Assembly: GCA_028826165.1 (NCBI GenBank)
Contig: JAPDFW010000059.1
Location: 620,001 to 684,000 of the forward strand
From: Anaeramoeba ignava BMAN
Lineage: Eukaryota; Protista; Anaeramoebae
Direction of reading: 5' to 3'
Length of the DNA: 64,000 nucleotides
Positions 10,901 through 22,349 of this stretch are shown in pieces. The position numbers were made by a program, and so were the translations under genes. Each line of letters starts with the position of its first letter. Within the stretch, counting starts at the first letter, position 1. Below the pieces are notes generated by a model. It saw nothing but the letters and a program-made list of their open reading frames with translations, was not told the DNA's origin and searched no databases.

Positions 10901-11853
10901 AAAATGATAAAGAAAATGAAAATGATAAAGAAAATGAAACTGATAAAGAAAATGAAGATGATAAAGAAAATGAAAATGAAGATGATAAAGAAAATGATGA
11001 TAAAGAAAATGATAAAGAAAATGATAAAGAAAATGAAAATGATAAAGAAAATGAAAATGAAGATGATAAAGAAACAGAAATAAAAGAAAATGAAGATGAT
11101 AAAGAAAATGAAAATGATAAAGATAATAAAGAAAATGAAGATAATAAAGATAAAGATAATAAAGATAATGATAATAAAGATAATAAAGATAATGATAATA
11201 AAGATAATGATAATGAAGATAATAAAGATAAAGATAATAAAGATAATGATAATAAAGATAATGATATTCAATATATAAAAGATAATGATATTCAATATAT
11301 AAAAGATAATAAAGATATTAAAGAAAAAAAAATGATTCAGGAACAAAATGATGAAATAAAAAAAATTGAAGAGCAAAAAAAAAAAGAAAGACTTGCAAAA
11401 GTAAATCCACTTTTATCAGAAGAAATCAAAAATGCTTTCGCGGAAATGGGACATAAACCAAATGAAGATCTTAAAGAATATCATTCAGAATTACAAGAAT
11501 TTCTATCGAACGGATTTGATATTTTGAAAATTCGACCAAATGGAAAAACACATTTAAGAAAATTATGGATTACAAGCGATGGTTCTACAATTTGTTGGTC
11601 TGATTGTGAAAGAAAAGGAAAAGTTAAAACAATTCCTATTAATAAACTAGAGTTTATTCATGAAGGAATCAAAACAAAATTAATGAAAAAGGGAACAAGA
11701 GGTAAATTCCCTTCTGATCGTTGCTTTTCTCTCTATTCAAAAGCTCGTTCTGCTGATTTTATTGCCAAATCAAATCCTGAACAACAATTTTGGATCCATT
11801 GTCTTTCGGCTTTAAAATCAAATGACGAGAAGAAAATCAAATCTTTCAATTAA
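7989..11853 (+). CDS. Triple pleckstrin-homology protein (PH-PH, long acidic QEN/KD linker, PLC-type PH); exons 7989-8135, 8777-8956, 9047-9235, 9312-11853; one frameshift near 9990
   Basis: GT-AG splicing keeps the frame and rebuilds PH1 (KGNFLV..NWKEYFIEL..LKYY..EEMEKWQKLI) and PH2 (SGWLRKKG..KWRQRFF..LKYYKD..EELTKWITII). C-terminal PH: GFDILKIRPNGK..ICWS..CFSL..DFIA..QQFWIHCL. Confidence 0.85.
8205..8760 (+). repeat. Intronic (AAAATT)n array
   Basis: Fills most of intron 8136-8776. Confidence 0.9.
9560..11315 (+). repeat. Coding low-complexity repeats: (CAAGAAAAT)n = QEN, ETEIK, ENDK, DNK
   Basis: 9-, 15- and 18-nt tandem units in frame with the PH gene. Confidence 0.9.
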
Positions 11854-12002
11854 ATCAATTTTCTTTTTTAATTTTCTTTTTTATTTTTTTTAATTGAAAA
11901 AGAGAGAAATTTGCAATGATTTTCTTTAAAAATTTAATTTTTAATTTTTAATTTTTAATTTTTAATTTTTAATTTTTAATTTTGAATTTGTTTTGTTATT
12001 AT

Positions 12003-15000
12003 TTAAATATTCCATGATTGAATATTAATTGAAGGATTTTCAGATATAATTTGTCTTCGAATAGAATTAAAAACACAAACAGGACAAGCTGTTGAAATTA
12101 ATTTCTGAGAAAAACATTCTGATAGTAATTTTATAGTGTAAGTTAATGAAAAAGGTAAATTTGAAACTCTTTGATAAAATTCTTGAAGTAAAGTTGAATA
12201 AAAAGCAGATTTTGGATAAAAATGACCACAAGAAAAAATAACAATTTGTTTAATATTTTCTTTTTCATCATCTTCATTTTGATTTTGATTTTGATTTTGA
12301 TTTTGATCGATAAGATTTTGGATTTGATTTTGATTTTGATTTTGATTTTGATTTTGATTTTGAATTTGATTTTGATTTAAATTTTGTATAAGTTTTTCAG
12401 TAAAATCGTTTTTATCTTGTTTATCAGATGTTTCTGATTTTTTTTGGAGAATTTTTGTGATAGTTTTAACTGGAGTAACTGGTTCAAAATGTGACAAACA
12501 AGCCAATTTCAAATACAAAGAGTTTCTTTCAAGAAGAACACCAGCAACCGAAGTTGATTCGTTTGTATCGAGATTGGAGAAGAGATTTGACTTGATTTGC
12601 GCGAGTGTTCCATTTGTTTCTGGGTTTGTTTTCTGTTCCTTATTGAATTCCTTAAACATTTTCAGCATTTTTTGTCTTAAAACTTTGAGATAGAATTTTG
12701 ATGAGAATGGAAGCAATAGAGGCAACCGCTCTTTGGTTAAGACTTCGATTTGTGGAGAGCCGCAAAGAGCGCTGAAGTATTTTAATAATTGGGGATATTT
12801 TTCAAGGGCAGCCTCTTCAAATAAGTCAATGGGAAGCTCCATTTTCTTCCAAAATAAAAGAACTCTTGTTATTAGATTTGTGATCATTTGATGCCCTTTT
12901 TTGGAGGGTTTTTCCTCTTTCACTTTCTTTAGGGCGAGCTGGAGAATGTTGAAAACTTGAGAAAGGATGTCTTGATACAAAGATTCTGAGTTGTGGAAGT
13001 TTTGTTCCCATTGGATAAAAAGCATTTTCAGTGCAAGTGTGAATTTGGAAATTTTCAGGTAAATCAATGAAGCAAAATTGTAGTTATTTGTGTCAATGCA
13101 TCTTTGAATAATGATGGGTGTTCTGTAAACACCGAAGAAATCATCGAGAATTTTCTCCAAATGTTGTTGAATGGATTTGATTTTTTGGATTTTCTGCATT
13201 TTTTGGATGACATTTTGATTTGGATATTTTTTGGGGGATTCTTTTTGATTTTGATTTTGTTTTTGTTTTTGTTTTTGATTTTGTTTTTGTTTTTGATTTT
13301 CTTTTGATTTTGTTTTTCTTTTTGATTTTCTTTTTGATTTTCAAATTGATGATATTTATTCAAAAGTATAAGAAAACAAGTGATATAAATTTCCAAAGAT
13401 TCTATGATATTGAGTTGGGATTGAGGGTCATTGGGGTCAATCAAAGGTTTTGGCTTTATATTATCAGGAGATGATTTTGTGGGGGAAGATGGGGGGAATG
13501 ATGTGAATAATTGACGTATATCTTGGGAGGGTTGGAACTGTGTGATGCAATTATTGAGAGTTTTTTCTGTGGAAAATGGAAGTATGTCGATTAAGAGCAG
13601 GTAATATTTGGAGATCTCTTTGCGCTCGTTTGTGATGATGAGGTCGATCTGTTGTTCGATTGTCAGAAAGGAGAGGAGACTGCCGCGACGGAAGTTGAGG
13701 ATGACATTTCCATAACCGTTTGAAATGAGCATATCGATGTCACGAGTGTTGAGGAAAAAATTGCTGAATTCAATAAGTTGTTCAAGAGCAGACTCGACAA
13801 TTTGTCTTGAGATTGCGACCTTGAAAAACTCCTGCTTGAACCCGTACATAAGAAAGAGACCCAGTGCGCGATTTGCGTTATAAAAAGTGTTTGTGGAAAG
13901 AAAATGTTCGAGATCGTTAGTCGTTGTTGAAATTTGGTCCTGGTTAGGCGAAACACCCGACTTGAACTGCAACAATTGCTGGACATAACACATTAGAAGA
14001 ATATCCGACATGACTCTTGCGGAATCGGCATAGAGGTTCTCGGGGAATTGAAGCGCGGCTTTGAGATGCGAAATTGCGACGTCGATCCTATCCACCTTGG
14101 CAAATTGGGTTACGATCTTATTTGTCTTCACGTTGGAAAGACAGTAGAGCTCGTGAGCCTGAACAAAGTTTCCTGCCTCAAATTGCTTGTCGGCTGCTTG
14201 TTCATACAGGGAAAGAATATTGAGGCCGAATGTTTTGCCCAAGGTCTCCGCTTCTGTGTAGGATGACTCCTGTATCAGTTGGTTGAAGATCTGCTCGGGA
14301 TGATACTTGGGAACTAATTCATAAACAGACTCGTTTGTCCACACATAGCAAATTGCTGGTGGTTCGAGATTTTTGCGCAAAATTCCTCCGATTGTTTCAT
14401 TCTCACCAAGTTTGAATCTTTGAACAACAGTTTCGTCGATGCGTTTATATGCCATCCTGGGCATTGAGTTGGTCGAGGAAATCGACAGGAATTTCGAGAT
14501 CACATCGATTTGATTGAACGTTCTTTTAGCCTCGTCTCTTGAAGACGCAATAAAAAAATTATCAGTGGAAACAACATGCATTGAAACTGGTGTGACATCA
14601 TAAACAAAAAGTGGATACGTTGTTAAATCGGGTTCGTAGAGCTCGAGCTTGTGCAATGAGGGGTCGTAAACGCTGACAAACATACGGCTTTCCGAGTGCT
14701 GGACAGCCAGTCTTGAGCCTTGAGAAAATTTGGTCGCTTCCATTAATATAAAAGGTGATTTCCCACTGTGCGTAATTACTGAGTGATACTGATGCTGATC
14801 ATCAAACTCCTCCAACAGCAACCGGTGGATCTTCCCTTGATACGTCGTGATTAAAATGAAACTCTGATCTCTGCTTTTTATCAACGTGATATCTTTTATC
14901 GGATTTTTTGACTGGACAACAAAATCTTCCATTGTCACAAGATCAACAAAATATATGCATCCCTTTGTTGTTGCCACAACCGCATAGTCTCTCGGCTCTC

Positions 15001-15676
15001 CGCGCTGAAGAGAATTCCCCTTCGTCATCCCCTTGCCTGTGTTGGATGGCCCAGATACGCCGCTGTCCTGTATCAGCCGCGAGCGCCACCATATGCAATC
15101 CGAGATATCCTCGTTTTTGCGTATTTTTTTCGTTAGTGATTTCAAGTACACTGTGTTTCGGTCGTGGATCTGAGACGGTATTTTCTTCTTGTTCGTCTTC
15201 GACATCTCCTCGTGCTGGCTTAGCATCCCTTTTTTTGTTTGTGTCGATGTTTTTTCGGAACCATCCAAATTTTTTTCCATTTCATTCAATTCATCAAAAC
15301 TTAACATTTTTTTAATAGACAAAAGAAGTGGGATAATTGTGATCACTGAATCAGAAGAAACAACAAGTAAAAACTCCGCGCTGGGCGACATTTCAATGCA
15401 TATGATTTCCTTGCTAATTGCCTTGTTTGGCGGCCACTTGATTTGCCTTATCCATCCAAGTTGATTTGCTGTTGAACACCGAATTGTTATGTGTCCTGTT
15501 GATATTGCTGCTACTAATATTGAGTATTTGCTGTTGAATTCTCGCGAAATTACTGATATAAATCGTCCTTTTGTTTTCGTTTTCGTTGTTGTTGTTGAAA
15601 TTGTCAGTATTTTTTCTAATGAGAACAATTCAAACTGATGGAATTTTTCATTTTCATTTTCATTTTTTTGATTCAT
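12003..15676 (-). CDS. N-terminal beta-propeller + alpha-solenoid + C-terminal Zn-finger protein (HOPS/CORVET/BLOC-2-like architecture), ~1220 aa; one frameshift near 13303
   Basis: ORFs 13064-15676 and 12003-13199 join by restoring one A in a CAAAAA repeat (..QKESPKKYPNQNVIQKMQKIQ..). WD-like motifs (IICIEMSPSAEFLLVVSSDSVITII), helical repeats (LYEQAADKQFEAGNFVQAHELY), C-terminal FSCGHFY...CPVC. Confidence 0.7.
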
Positions 15677-15803
15677 TTTTAATTTATAAAAAAAAAAAAA
15701 GGAAAAAAGAAAAAAAATGAATTTTAGATTTTTTTTATCATTTTAAATTTCACATTAAAAATAATAAAAAAAATTCAAATCCAAAAACTTCAACTTCAAA
15801 ACT

Positions 15804-18800
15804 TCAAAGTAAATTTATTTGATAATCTTTTTTTAATGTTTCTCTTGCAATATTTTCAAGATTTTCAATTAAATCATTCTTTTCTCCTTTTTTTGCTTTT
15901 GTTTCTGGATTTTTCACATTAAAATAAATTTCTTTTCCAAAAAGTTTTCTAGCAAAAGTAATTGATAAAGGATTTCTTTTTTGTTTTGTTTTATATTAAA
16001 AAAAAAAAGAGTGAAAAATTTTTTAAATTAAATAATTAATATATTATTTACTGTAAAATCATTTGAGAAACATTTGAATTTTTATTAAATTCACTATGAC
16101 AAATTGATGAATCTTGAGTAAAATCTTCTAGATTTGTTGAATTGGGAATTGTTTGTGTAATTCTTGATGTTTCATCATCAAACATTAAAAAATTATAATT
16201 TTCTCCATTTGTTAACTAAAAAAAAGTAATTAAATAATTTTGATTTTCTTTCTTAAAGTTTTTAATTTAAAATACTGTTGATTTTTTTTCAAGTAATTTT
16301 TTGGATTGTGGATTTTTAAATAAATTTTCAAGTTCTCGACTCATTTTTAAAAGTTTTGTTTTCAAATTATTCTATATATATATATTAATAATAAAATGTA
16401 TAATTTATCAACATTTTTCTTATTAAATTCAAAAATTTTATTTTGTTTTTAGAAATACAATTTTATCAATTGTTTGTTGATCATTCATTATATCAATTTC
16501 TGTAATAACTGCTATTGTGATTAAATCAAATCTAGTCATTCTTAATCCAAAATATTTTCCATCAGGGTAATTTTGAGTATAAACCTGAAGCAAACAAATT
16601 AATATTTAATTTAAATCAATTTTTAAATCGATATTAAAATTAATTAAATCAATTTTTTTTTGAAAATACTTTTGAAAGTTCTATTTGAGCACGGTTTAAA
16701 TTTGTTTCACTTGAAAAATTTTGAATTTTTGAAGAATCAAATTCTATAGATGTAATATTTTCCATTTCAATTCGATTTTCATTTATATTTAGATTTTTAA
16801 TATCATTTATATTTTGAAATTCATTTTGATTTTGATTTTCATTTTGATTTTGATTTTCATTTTGATTTTGATTTTCATTTAGATTTTGATTTATATTTTG
16901 ATTTATATTTTGATTTTGATTTTGATTTTGATTTTGATTTTGATTTTGATTTTGATTTTGATTTTGATTTTGATTTTGATTTATATTTTCATTTTGATTT
17001 ATATTTTGATTTTCATTTTCATTTTGATTTTGATTTTGATTTTGATTTTGATTTTGATTTTGATTTTGATTTTGATTTTGATTTATATTTTGATTTATAT
17101 TTTGATTTTCATTTTCATTTTGATTTTGATTTTGATTTTCATTTTGATTTTGATTTATATTTTGATTTTCATTTTGATTTTCAATTTTATTTTGATTTTG
17201 GTTTTGATTTATATTTTGATTTTGGTTTTGATTTATATTTTGATTTATATTTTGATTTTGATTTTGATTTTGATTTTGATTTATATTTTGATTTTGATTT
17301 TGATTTTGATTTTGATTTTCATTTTCATTTTGATTTTCAATTTGATTTTGATTTATATTTTGATTTTGATTTTGATTTTGATTTTGATTTTGATTTATAT
17401 TTTGATTTATATTTTGATTTTGATTTATATTTTGATTTTGATTTTGATTTTGATTTTGATTTTGATTTTGATTTTCATTTTCATTTTGATTTATATTTTG
17501 ATTTTGATTTTGATTTTGATTTTGATTTTCAATTTGATTTTGATTTTGATTTTTATTTTCATTTTGATTTTCATTTTGATTTTCAATTTTATTTTGATTT
17601 TGGTTTTGATTTATATTTTGATTTTGGTTTTGATTTATATTTTGATTTTGATTTTGATTTTGATTTTGATTTTGATTTTGATTTTGATTTTGATTTTGAT
17701 TTTGATTTTGATTTTGATTTTGATTTTGATTTTGATTTTCATTTTCATTTTGATTTATATTTTGATTTTGATTTTGATTTTGATTTATATTTTGATTTAT
17801 ATTTTGATTTTGATTTATATTTTGATTTTGATTTTGATTTTGATTTTGATTTATATTTTGGTTTTCATTTTGATTTATATTTTGATTTTGATTTATATTT
17901 TGATTTTGATTTTGATTTTGATTTTGATTTTGATTTTGATTTTGATTTATATTTTGATTTATATTTTGATTTATATTTTGATTTTGATTTTGATTTTGAT
18001 TTATATTTTGATTTTGATTTTGATTTTGATTTTCATTTTGATTTATATTTTGATTTTCATTTTGATTTTGATTTTGATTTTGATTTATATTTTGATTTTG
18101 ATTTTGATTTTGATTTATATTTTGATTTATATTTTCATTTTCATTTTCATTTTGATTTATATTTTGATTTATATTTTCATTTTCATTTTGATTTATATTT
18201 TCATTTTGATTTATATTTTGATTTATATTTTGATTTTGATTTTGATTTTGGTTTTGATTTTGATTTTATATTTTGATTTTGATTTTGATTTTGATTTTGA
18301 TTTTGATTTTGATTTTGATTTATATTTTGATTTTGATTTTGATTTTGATTTATATTTTGATTTTGATTTTGATTTTGATTTTGGTTTATATTTTCATTTT
18401 GATTTATATTTTGATTTATATTTTGATTTTGATTTTGATTTTGGTTTTGATTTTGATTTTGATTTTGATTTTGATTTTGATTTTCATTTTGATTTTGATT
18501 TTGATTTTCATTTTGATTTTGATTTTCATTTTGATTTTGATTTTCATTTTGATTTTGATTTTCATTTTGATTTTGATTTTCATTTTGATTTTGATTTTCA
18601 TTTTCAATTTCATTTATATTTTCATTTTCATTTATATTTTCATTTTCATTTATATTTTCAATTTCATTTTGATTTTGATTTTGATTTTGATTTTCATTTT
18701 GATTTTGATTTTCAATTTTATTTTGATTTTCATTTTGATTTATATTTTGATTTATATTTTGATTTTCATTTATATTTTGATTTTGATTTTCATTTTCATT

Positions 18801-20532
18801 TTGATTTTCATTTTCAATTTCATTTTGATTTATATTTTGATTTTGATTTATATTTTGATTTTGATTTATATTTTCATTTTGATTTATATTTTGATTTTGA
18901 TTTTGATTTATATTTTGATTTTGATTTTGATTTTGGTTTTGATTTTGATTTATATTTTGATTTTGATTTTCATTTTGATTTATATTTTGATTTTGATTTA
19001 TATTTTGATTTTGATTGTGATTTTGATTTTGATTTTGATTTTGATTTTGATTTATATTTTGATTGTTGTTATTTTCTAAAGGAATATTTTCTTCATTTGA
19101 AAATTCTTTTTGAAGTAATTTTTCATTAAAAATAAAAACAGGAACATTTTCAAGAGTTTCAGAATTTTGTAATATTTTCCCAATATTAGATAATGAATTT
19201 GTTGAAAATTTAGTTGAAAGGAAAGTTTTTGGAATATCATAATCATTTAAAGAGTTATCAATATTATTTGTTTGAAATGTTCTCCATTTATCATATTCAT
19301 CTTGTTTATAAAGTAATCTATAATAAATCCATCGAGTAATTTCCAAATCAAGATCTGTGCAAAGAACATTTGTTTGATAAAAAATAACTCCTCCAAAAAA
19401 ATTATCCCAATTTCTAATTTCTTGTAAAATTTGAGAAGCAAGAATGAAATAACGATTGAAAGTCTAAAAATTGATTCCAAAAGAAAATATTTAAAAAAAA
19501 TATTAATATTAATATTATTATTATTAAACTACAGGTGGTAATTCTAAATATGGAAGAATAGGAAAAGATGGAAAAAGATGTAAATTTGGTTCAAATAATT
19601 TTTCTGGTTGTATAATAAAAGGAATTAATTCTTCACCAGCTCTTGAAATAAATGTTTTGAATTCTTCGTCTGATCCTTGAGCCTTCTGATTTTTATTTTA
19701 ATTTTAATTTTGATTTTAATTTTGATTTTAATTTTGATTTTAATTTTGATTTTAATTTTAATTTTGATTTTAAATTTTAATTTTGATTTTAATTTTAAAT
19801 TTAAATTTTAATTTAAGTTTTGATTTTAATTTTAATTTTTATATTAATTTTAAGTTTTGATTTTAAATTTTAATTTTAATTTTAATTTTGATTTTAATTT
19901 TGATTTTAATTTTGATTTTGATTTAAATTTTAATTTTAAATTTTAATTTTAATTTTAATTTTGATTTTGATTTTTATTTTGATTTAAATTTTAATTTAAA
20001 TTTTAATTTTAATTTTAATTTTAATTTTAATTTTAATTTTAATTTTAATTTTGATTTTAATTTTGATTTTGATTTTAATTTTAATTTTAATTTTGATTTA
20101 AATTTTAATTTCTAATTCAGTTTTAATTTTAAAAACCATTTCAAGATGATCAAAAGAATGATTATAAAATTGAAAACATTTCAAAAAATCATCATGTTTT
20201 TTCATCAAAGAAGAATCAGTAGTTTTATCTTTTTGACCACAAAGAACAGTAACAATATTACCAAGTTTTTTGATACTCAATTTGATATGAGAAAGATTAA
20301 TAATTTCAAGTTTACGTTTTGCAAAGAGGCTCATGAAATGTTCTGTAGCAGTAATAATACCAGCAAGCATTTCTTGATTATTTGGTGGCATTTCACTTGG
20401 ATAAAAAAATATTACTCTTTCTGGATAATCCTCATTATCATCTGAAACATCCTGTTCATCATCTTCACGAAACCAAAAGTAACAACCTTCTTGAAGTAAT
20501 TTAGAATCGAATTCTGGTTCTGGTTCAAACAT
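15804..20532 (-). CDS. HPS4: HPS4-like tri-longin protein (BLOC-3 Rab32/38 GEF subunit); multi-exon (20532-20137, 19685-19533, 19463-~16670, then several short exons to stop at 15804); one frameshift near 18265
   Basis: Exon 1 IFFYPSEMPPNNQEMLAG..LSHIKLSIK..FQFYN matches HPS4 longin 1. Exon 3 ASQILQ..GGVIFYQTNVLCTDL matches longin 2. The last exon NPLSITFARKLFGKEIYF...ARETLKKDYQINLL* resembles the HPS4 C-terminus (..VNLL). CCZ1 is the less likely alternative. Confidence 0.82.
16800..19065 (-). repeat. ~2.3 kb coding hexamer repeat (AATCAA/AATGAA/AATATA; N-Q/N-E/N-I) inside HPS4
   Basis: Entered and left in frame with unique HPS4 sequence, apart from one indel. Confidence 0.85.
19690..20130 (-). 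repeat. Intronic (AAAATT/AAAATC)n array in HPS4 intron 1
   Basis: Reads (TTTTAA)n on + strand within intron 19686-20136. Confidence 0.9.
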
Positions 20533-20724
20533 TGAATTTTTTAATTTTTAATTTTTAATTTTTAATTTGATTTAATTTGATTTGATTTGATTTTTAAATT
20601 GATTTAATTTGATTTTTAATTTTATTATCAAAAAAAAAGAAAAAAAAGAAAAAAAATGAATTCAAAAAATATCAAAAATAATTTTAATTTCATTTCATTT
20701 TTTTTTTTGATATTTTTTTTTAAA
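20533..20724. promoter_or_regulatory. Putative bidirectional promoter HPS4/ADAT2
   Basis: Head-to-head starts ~190 bp apart; TCATTTT motif on each strand (20651-20659 minus, ~20695 plus). Confidence 0.5.
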
Positions 20725-21249
20725 ATGAATAAAAATTTAGAAAAACATAAAAAATTTATGAATAAAGCTTTAATTCAAGCTCAATTAGCTTTTCAAGAAA
20801 AAGAAGTTCCTGTTGGTTGTGTTTTTGTTGATTCAAGTAATAATAAAATAATTGCAAAAGGAAGAAATCAAACAAATAAGAAAAAAATAGGAATTTCACA
20901 TGCAGAACTTGAATGTATTGAACAAATTTTAGAATCAAAAATAATTGAGAAAAGTGATTTTAAAAAAATAATTGTTTATGTAACATGTGAACCATGTATT
21001 ATGTGTGCAAGTGCTTTGAGGCTTTTAGGTGTTAAAAAAGTTTATTTTGGTTGTGCTAATGACCATTTTGGTGGTTGTGGTTCTGTTTTAAATATCAATC
21101 AAAATATTTCTATTATTCATGGTTTTCCTTATAAAGCTATTGGTGGTATTTTGGAGAAAGAATGTATTGAAATACTTCATCAATTTTATTTATTTGAAAA
21201 TGAAAATTGTGATATTGAAAAAAGAAAGAAAAAAAATAAAGTAAAATAA
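20725..21249 (+). CDS. ADAT2: tRNA-specific adenosine-34 deaminase catalytic subunit (Tad2/ADAT2)
   Basis: FM..AL..A..A....EVPVGCVFV, HAE, YVTCEPCIMC, FGCANDHFGGCGS, FY..EN. Start set at the second ATG (AAAATG context) because the upstream extension is poly-T/A UTR-like. Confidence 0.9.
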   Translation: MNKNLEKHKKFMNKALIQAQLAFQEKEVPVGCVFVDSSNNKIIAKGRNQTNKKKIGISHAELECIEQILESKIIEKSDFKKIIVYVTCEPCIMCASALRLLGVKKVYFGCANDHFGGCGSVLNINQNISIIHGFPYKAIGGILEKECIEILHQFYLFENENCDIEKRKKKNKVK

Positions 21250-21289
21250 TTTTTGTTCCACTTTTTTTTTAAATTTGATTTTTTTAGAT

Positions 21290-21512
21290 TTTGAATTTAA
21301 ATTTAAATTTAAATTTTAATTTTAATTTTAATTTTTGATTTTAATTTTAATTTTAATTTTAATTTTAATTTTGATTTTGATTTTAATTTTAATTTTGATT
21401 TTAATTTTTAATTTTAATTTTAATTTTGATTTTGATTTTAATTTTGATTTTGATTTTGATTTTGATTTTAATTTTGATTTTAATTTTGATTAATTTTAAT
21501 TTTAATTTTGAT
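21290..21512 (-). repeat. (AAAATT/AAAATC)n array between convergent ADAT2 and ferredoxin
   Basis: Visible (TTTTAA/TTTTGA)n on + strand. Confidence 0.9.
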
Positions 21513-21692
21513 TTGAAAAAATAAAAAAATTTTAAAGTAAAATTCCTTCCTTTTATTTCAAATTTGTTGTTTTTTTGTTATTTGAAAGAAAAAGAAAAAG
21601 AAAATCAAAAAGAAAAATGGAAAAAATTTCCTTTTTTTTTTTTAAAAAAGAAAAAAGAAAAAAGAACTTAAAATGTAAATAGGGAATGAAAA

Positions 21693-22097
21693 TTATTTTT
21701 TGCCTTTTAAAGGAGCAAGAGTAACTTCAATATCATTAGCTTTTTCAGTTAACAACATTGCACAAGCAAGACGAGAATTAGGTTGAGGTTTAAAAGAACG
21801 ATCTTTAATAGTTTGAGTTTCTTCTTCTTCAGCAGGATCAAGTTTTTCTAAATCAGATTGTTTAACATATACTTGACATCTTCCACAAGCCATATTTCCT
21901 CCACATGTTCCAAGTACATTCTTCATTTTTGCTTCATCTGCTGCTTCATAAAGTGTCATTCCTTCGTCAAATTCTAATTTATTCTTTTTGCCTTCTCGAT
22001 CAATTACTGTTAAAGAACTCATTAATCTTTTTGTTATTGTTTTGATAAATTGTTGTGAAATTTTGGGGGTTGTTTCTTTTTTAATAATTGATAACAT
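21693..22097 (-). CDS. [2Fe-2S] ferredoxin (adrenodoxin/hydrogenosomal type) with N-terminal organellar presequence
   Basis: GTCGGNMACGRCQVYV ... NSRLAC cluster ligands; basic N-terminal extension MLSIIKK...TITKRLMSS. Confidence 0.92.
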   Translation of the reverse strand: MLSIIKKETTPKISQQFIKTITKRLMSSLTVIDREGKKNKLEFDEGMTLYEAADEAKMKNVLGTCGGNMACGRCQVYVKQSDLEKLDPAEEEETQTIKDRSFKPQPNSRLACAMLLTEKANDIEVTLAPLKGKK

Positions 22098-22349
22098 TTT
22101 TATTATTTTTAAAAAAATTTAAAAAAATTGAAAAAAATTGAAAAAAATGAAAAATGAAAAAAATTAAAAATGAAAAAAATTAATTTTTTTATTATAATTT
22201 TTTTATTTTGGGGTGTTTTTTTTTTATGATTTGGATTTAAAAAATTTTTTTGATTTTGATGTCTTTGAAAAAATTAATTCAAAATTGATCCAAAAAATAA
22301 TAAAAAAAATAAAAGAAAAAAGAAAAGAAAAAAATTGAAAAAATTTTGA

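Noticed and set aside
20656-20724. N-terminal extension of ADAT2 from the first ATG
   Set aside because: Poly-T/A composition typical of promoter or UTR; homology begins after the ATG at 20725.
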